Made by a program: the position numbers and the translations under genes. The notes under the pieces are model-generated. The model was not told where the DNA came from. It ran no database searches and was given only the letters and a program-made list of their open reading frames with translations. 64,000 nt of DNA from a virus, in IMG/VR virus record IMGVR_UViG_3300042291_001557, positions 36,257 through 100,256 of that record. The stretch is one strand, 5' to 3'. Shown here one piece after another: positions 61,852 through 64,000 of the stretch. The stretch's first letter is position 1, and each line of letters begins with the position of its first letter.

Positions 61852-62031
61852 TTATCCGTAGTGTTTGCTCACCCATTCAGGTGAATTGGTATCTTCTTCT
61901 TCGTAAGTGAAGAAGGCGATATTTTTTCTAAGCCATTGAACCGTGGTGTATGCGCCGACTGTGAATATTCCCACGCCTGCGCACTTGACCAAGAACCAAG
62001 TGACGATAATAAATGCTTTTGCTGTTTCCAT
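61852..62031 (-). CDS. 59-aa membrane protein (not in ORF track; leaderless)
   Basis: ATG 6 nt after -10; METAKAFIIVTWFLVKCAGVGIFTVGAYTTVQWLRK... Confidence 0.65.
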   Translation of the reverse strand: METAKAFIIVTWFLVKCAGVGIFTVGAYTTVQWLRKNIAFFTYEEEDTNSPEWVSKHYG

Positions 62032-62037
62032 GTCTTT

Positions 62038-62067
62038 ACCTTAGTTCAGCCTACGAACGGCTTACAA
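62038..62067 (-). promoter_or_regulatory. Cassette promoter 19
   Basis: TTGTAA gccgttcgtaggctgaac TAAGGT. Confidence 0.85.
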
Positions 62068-62338
62068 GTTTCCGTTCGTCTACTTGCGTGTAGAAGGGAA
62101 CAAGTGGCTCTCTGTCCGTAGGTTGTGGGTAGTTGTTGTTGAAGTAGTTGGTAGCGAACTCGCCCTCGTGGAGAGTGACCTCAGGGGTATCCTGTGTCAT
62201 GTCCACGATGAGTAAAGCGTCTGCTTCCTTCATGTAAGCCTGCCCACCGTTGAAATGGTAAAGCCTTCCTTCTTGTGTTGCTGTGTCTATGACCTGAGCC
62301 CACTCGGTGTGGGTGGTCGCTGTGTGTGTTGTTTTCAT
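62051..62338 (-). CDS. Hypothetical protein (leaderless)
   Basis: ATG 6 nt after -10. Confidence 0.65.
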   Translation of the reverse strand: MKTTHTATTHTEWAQVIDTATQEGRLYHFNGGQAYMKEADALLIVDMTQDTPEVTLHEGEFATNYFNNNYPQPTDREPLVPFYTQVDERKLVSRS

Positions 62339-62344
62339 ACCTTC

Positions 62345-62374
62345 AACTTAGCCGAGACTACGGGCGACTTACAA
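62345..62374 (-). promoter_or_regulatory. Cassette promoter 20
   Basis: TTGTAA gtcgcccgtagtctcggc TAAGTT. Confidence 0.85.
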
Positions 62375-62409
62375 ATTTGCCCCAATGGAGAGCGGGGCTC
62401 ATTTGGGGC

Positions 62410-62616
62410 AAAAAGAAAGACCTACCGCCCCACCTCCGACACTAGGGCTAGCACCCACTTAAACTAGAGCAGTAATCGCGCGTAGAGGACGGATGGACTG
62501 TGGCGGATGCGTGATGGTCGTACGCCCATCAGAGGCTTGCTGTCCAGAGCCTTATCCTGCGGAGGGACTGGTGCGGTTAAGTTGTATCGGAGGGGAGGCG
62601 GTAAGCCTCTCTCACA
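62410..62616 (-). ncRNA. Candidate approx. 205-nt structured non-coding RNA with 27-bp closing stem
   Basis: Promoter 21 upstream; 62611-62585 pairs with 62441-62415 at 26 of 27 positions including 5 G-U pairs valid only on minus; U-tract follows; only a 12-codon ORF at the TSS. Confidence 0.7.
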
Positions 62617-62622
62617 AAGACC

Positions 62623-62652
62623 AACTTACTACCCCCTACGGACGACCTACAA
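62623..62652 (-). promoter_or_regulatory. Cassette promoter 21
   Basis: TTGTAG gtcgtccgtagggggtag TAAGTT. Confidence 0.85.
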
Positions 62653-62688
62653 GTTGGCAAAGTAGCCCCGCAGCTCTATGCTTGCCGC

Positions 62689-62883
62689 ATGAGTTCAGAA
62701 GATTACACCAAAGATGATTTAGGTCGAGACTTGTTCTTGATGGTCAAGGCCGGACTACTTGATGTCTCCATGAGAGAAGATGGCGAGTGGGTCTATAACG
62801 TCAGTGAGTCTTCATTGCTGCTCTCGGAAGAAGAGAAGGCAGACATTATTAGCCGGCTGGACGATTACGACGACATCTATTAG
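62689..62883 (+). CDS. Small acidic protein (leaderless, divergent)
   Basis: TTGGCA-17-TATGCT then 6 nt to ATG; L..MVKAGLLDV..REDGEWVY. Confidence 0.6.
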   Translation: MSSEDYTKDDLGRDLFLMVKAGLLDVSMREDGEWVYNVSESSLLLSEEEKADIISRLDDYDDIY

Positions 62884-62906
62884 CCGGTCGGGGCTCAGGG
62901 GTGTTG

Positions 62907-63149
62907 TTACACTTCTTCCCCACAGGCAGGACACCCACCAACTGCGTACATCTCTCCACAGTTACGGCAGGCGTTCGGGTGTTCTTCATAGAACGAGAAC
63001 GCTGGTTTCCGATAGACGATTCCGTTGATTTGGTATCCACCCTTTGAGGCGTTATACGCATAGTGAGTACCGAGCTTTTCAGCCCACTTGATTATTTCGT
63101 CAAGTTCTTCTTGTGTCACTTCTTCTATTGTCGCTGTTCTCTTTGGCAT
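62907..63149 (-). CDS. Small protein with C-terminal Cys4 finger (leaderless)
   Basis: CRNCG......CPACG; ATG 63149 is 6 nt after -10. Confidence 0.65.
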   Translation of the reverse strand: MPKRTATIEEVTQEELDEIIKWAEKLGTHYAYNASKGGYQINGIVYRKPAFSFYEEHPNACRNCGEMYAVGGCPACGEEV

Positions 63150-63155
63150 ACCCAT

Positions 63156-63185
63156 ACCTTACTTCACCCTACGCACGGCTAACAA
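63156..63185 (-). promoter_or_regulatory. Cassette promoter 22
   Basis: TTGTTA gccgtgcgtagggtgaag TAAGGT. Confidence 0.8.
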
Positions 63186-63231
63186 ATCAGTGGCAAGCCC
63201 CGGCCTTCCACTGATTCCGGAGCGTGTCGTG

Positions 63232-63459
63232 TTAGTCGTCCTTTCTTTCTTCGTTCATCATCTTCAGGTGACGACTCATTTGTTCCGATAGTTCGTCTTC
63301 GTTATCGACGTACTCACCGTCTCCAAGATAAGCAGAGACCCACTTACCTGTCTCTTCGTCAAAGCAGGTTCCTTCAGTAAGAGATTCCTCTTCTTGTTCG
63401 GTGTCCCACTCCCAAGAGTTGGTTGCTGCGTCAAATGAAATAATAAAGTAGTGCTTCAT
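63232..63459 (-). CDS. Acidic hypothetical protein (leaderless)
   Basis: ATG 63459 is 7 nt after -10. Confidence 0.65.
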   Translation of the reverse strand: MKHYFIISFDAATNSWEWDTEQEEESLTEGTCFDEETGKWVSAYLGDGEYVDNEDELSEQMSRHLKMMNEERKDD

Positions 63460-63466
63460 ACGCCCC

Positions 63467-63496
63467 ACCTTACTTTGGACTACGCACGACCTACAA
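63467..63496 (-). promoter_or_regulatory. Cassette promoter 23
   Basis: TTGTAG gtcgtgcgtagtccaaag TAAGGT. Confidence 0.8.
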
Positions 63497-63522
63497 GCCA
63501 TACCTAGCCCCGTCGTACCCGG

Positions 63523-63567
63523 TAGAAAGTATCCGGACACTGGGGGAAGCGTCCGGATACTTTTCTA
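63523..63567 (-). terminator. Long inverted repeat after 44-aa gene
   Basis: TAGAAAGTATCCGGAC ... GTCCGGATACTTTTCTA. Confidence 0.6.
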
Positions 63568-63568
63568 G

Positions 63569-63703
63569 CTACCGTGAGTAACGGAAGCGTAGATAGCGAA
63601 GGTGTGCCTTCGCCTGAATGAGACGGAAGTAGGTGTAACCCTCGTTCTGTCCGGTCTTGATGATGAATGGATTACGCATATGTTTCCCTTTCGCTGTTTC
63701 CAT
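63569..63703 (-). CDS. 44-aa basic peptide (not in ORF track; leaderless)
   Basis: ATG 6 nt after -10; METAKGKHMRNPFIIKTGQNEGYTYFRLIQAKAHLRYLRFRYSR. Confidence 0.5.
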   Translation of the reverse strand: METAKGKHMRNPFIIKTGQNEGYTYFRLIQAKAHLRYLRFRYSR

Positions 63704-63709
63704 GAACAC

Positions 63710-63739
63710 ACCTTATCTCAACCTCCGGACGGCTAACAA
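63710..63739 (-). promoter_or_regulatory. Cassette promoter 24
   Basis: TTGTTA gccgtccggaggttgaga TAAGGT. Confidence 0.75.
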
Positions 63740-63782
63740 GTTGTGCCGGAGCAGCGTACGGGGCTCGCTGCTGAGTAAACGG

Positions 63783-63998
63783 TTACGACTCGCTTCTTAT
63801 TTTCTTGACGTGCTTCTTGATTTGCTTTATCGCTTCGGAATCCATTGACGAACCAAGGTCAAACTCGTAACGTACTTCTAGACGTTGTAAGAACTCGTGC
63901 CAATCTATTTTTTCTTCGTCGGCAAAGTAACCGTCAAAGATTTCCTCAACCGATTCTAGAACCGTCGGAGTTACTTGTTCTGCTGTCTGAACTACTGT
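63783..63998 (-). CDS. Hypothetical protein, 3' part (start beyond window)
   Basis: Open frame TVVQTAEQVTPTVLESVEEIFDGYF...IDWHEFLQRLE...DLG..MDS.AIK.IKK.V to TAA at 63785-63783. Confidence 0.6.
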   Translation of the reverse strand, partial: TVVQTAEQVTPTVLESVEEIFDGYFADEEKIDWHEFLQRLEVRYEFDLGSSMDSEAIKQIKKHVKKIRSES

Positions 63999-64000
63999 CC

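Larger units (their letters stand above)
51175..63739. repeat. Dispersed family of 24 conserved 30-bp promoter elements
   Basis: Consensus TTGTAA-GYCNNNCGTAGG-N6-TANNNT with an 18-bp spacer in every copy; 23 on minus, 1 on plus. Confidence 0.9.

Noticed and set aside
62255-62717. Plus-strand ORFs 62255..62467 and 62493..62717
   Set aside because: Antisense to a promoter-supported gene and the ncRNA candidate, with no promoter or SD support.
51175-63739. Repeated approx. 19-30 bp motif as a CRISPR array or integron attC sites
   Set aside because: Spacing is 70-1400 bp and filled with genes, the copies are degenerate and non-palindromic, there is no cas or integrase gene, and the fixed -35/18/-10 geometry fits promoters.
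1-64000. tRNA, rRNA, integrase, terminase or capsid genes
   Set aside because: None recognised by eye; the phage call rests on tail/fibre genes, the lysis-like cluster and gene organisation, and lifestyle cannot be determined from this window.

Overview
The window looks like part of a large tailed-phage genome (no host housekeeping genes seen), most likely infecting an actinobacterium. The host inference rests on two WhiB genes, an LPXTG sortase substrate, pervasive leaderless genes and a perfect parS palindrome. 1-32.7 kb is a virion/tail-fibre region, mostly on the minus strand. It holds two diverged copies of a nine-gene module in which Gly-rich, His-loop structural proteins are followed by a 2OG-Fe(II) oxygenase, a flavin-dependent halogenase and a DUF6065-like protein; two glycosyltransferases follow one copy. 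32.8-39.6 kb (+) encodes two exported surface proteins and a probable lysis cluster. 39.7-51.1 kb holds regulators, a metallophosphoesterase, an HslV-like peptidase, replication accessory genes and an AAA+/VWA pair. 51.2-64 kb is an array of small-gene cassettes driven by 24 copies of one 30-bp promoter (TTGTAA-GYCNNNCGTAGG-N6-TANNNT). The array is overlaid with three further motif families, a parS site, two promoter-driven structured non-coding RNA candidates and a possible antisense seed/target system (ACAGCGAC). All family calls come from motif recognition by eye; no database searches or folding programs were run.
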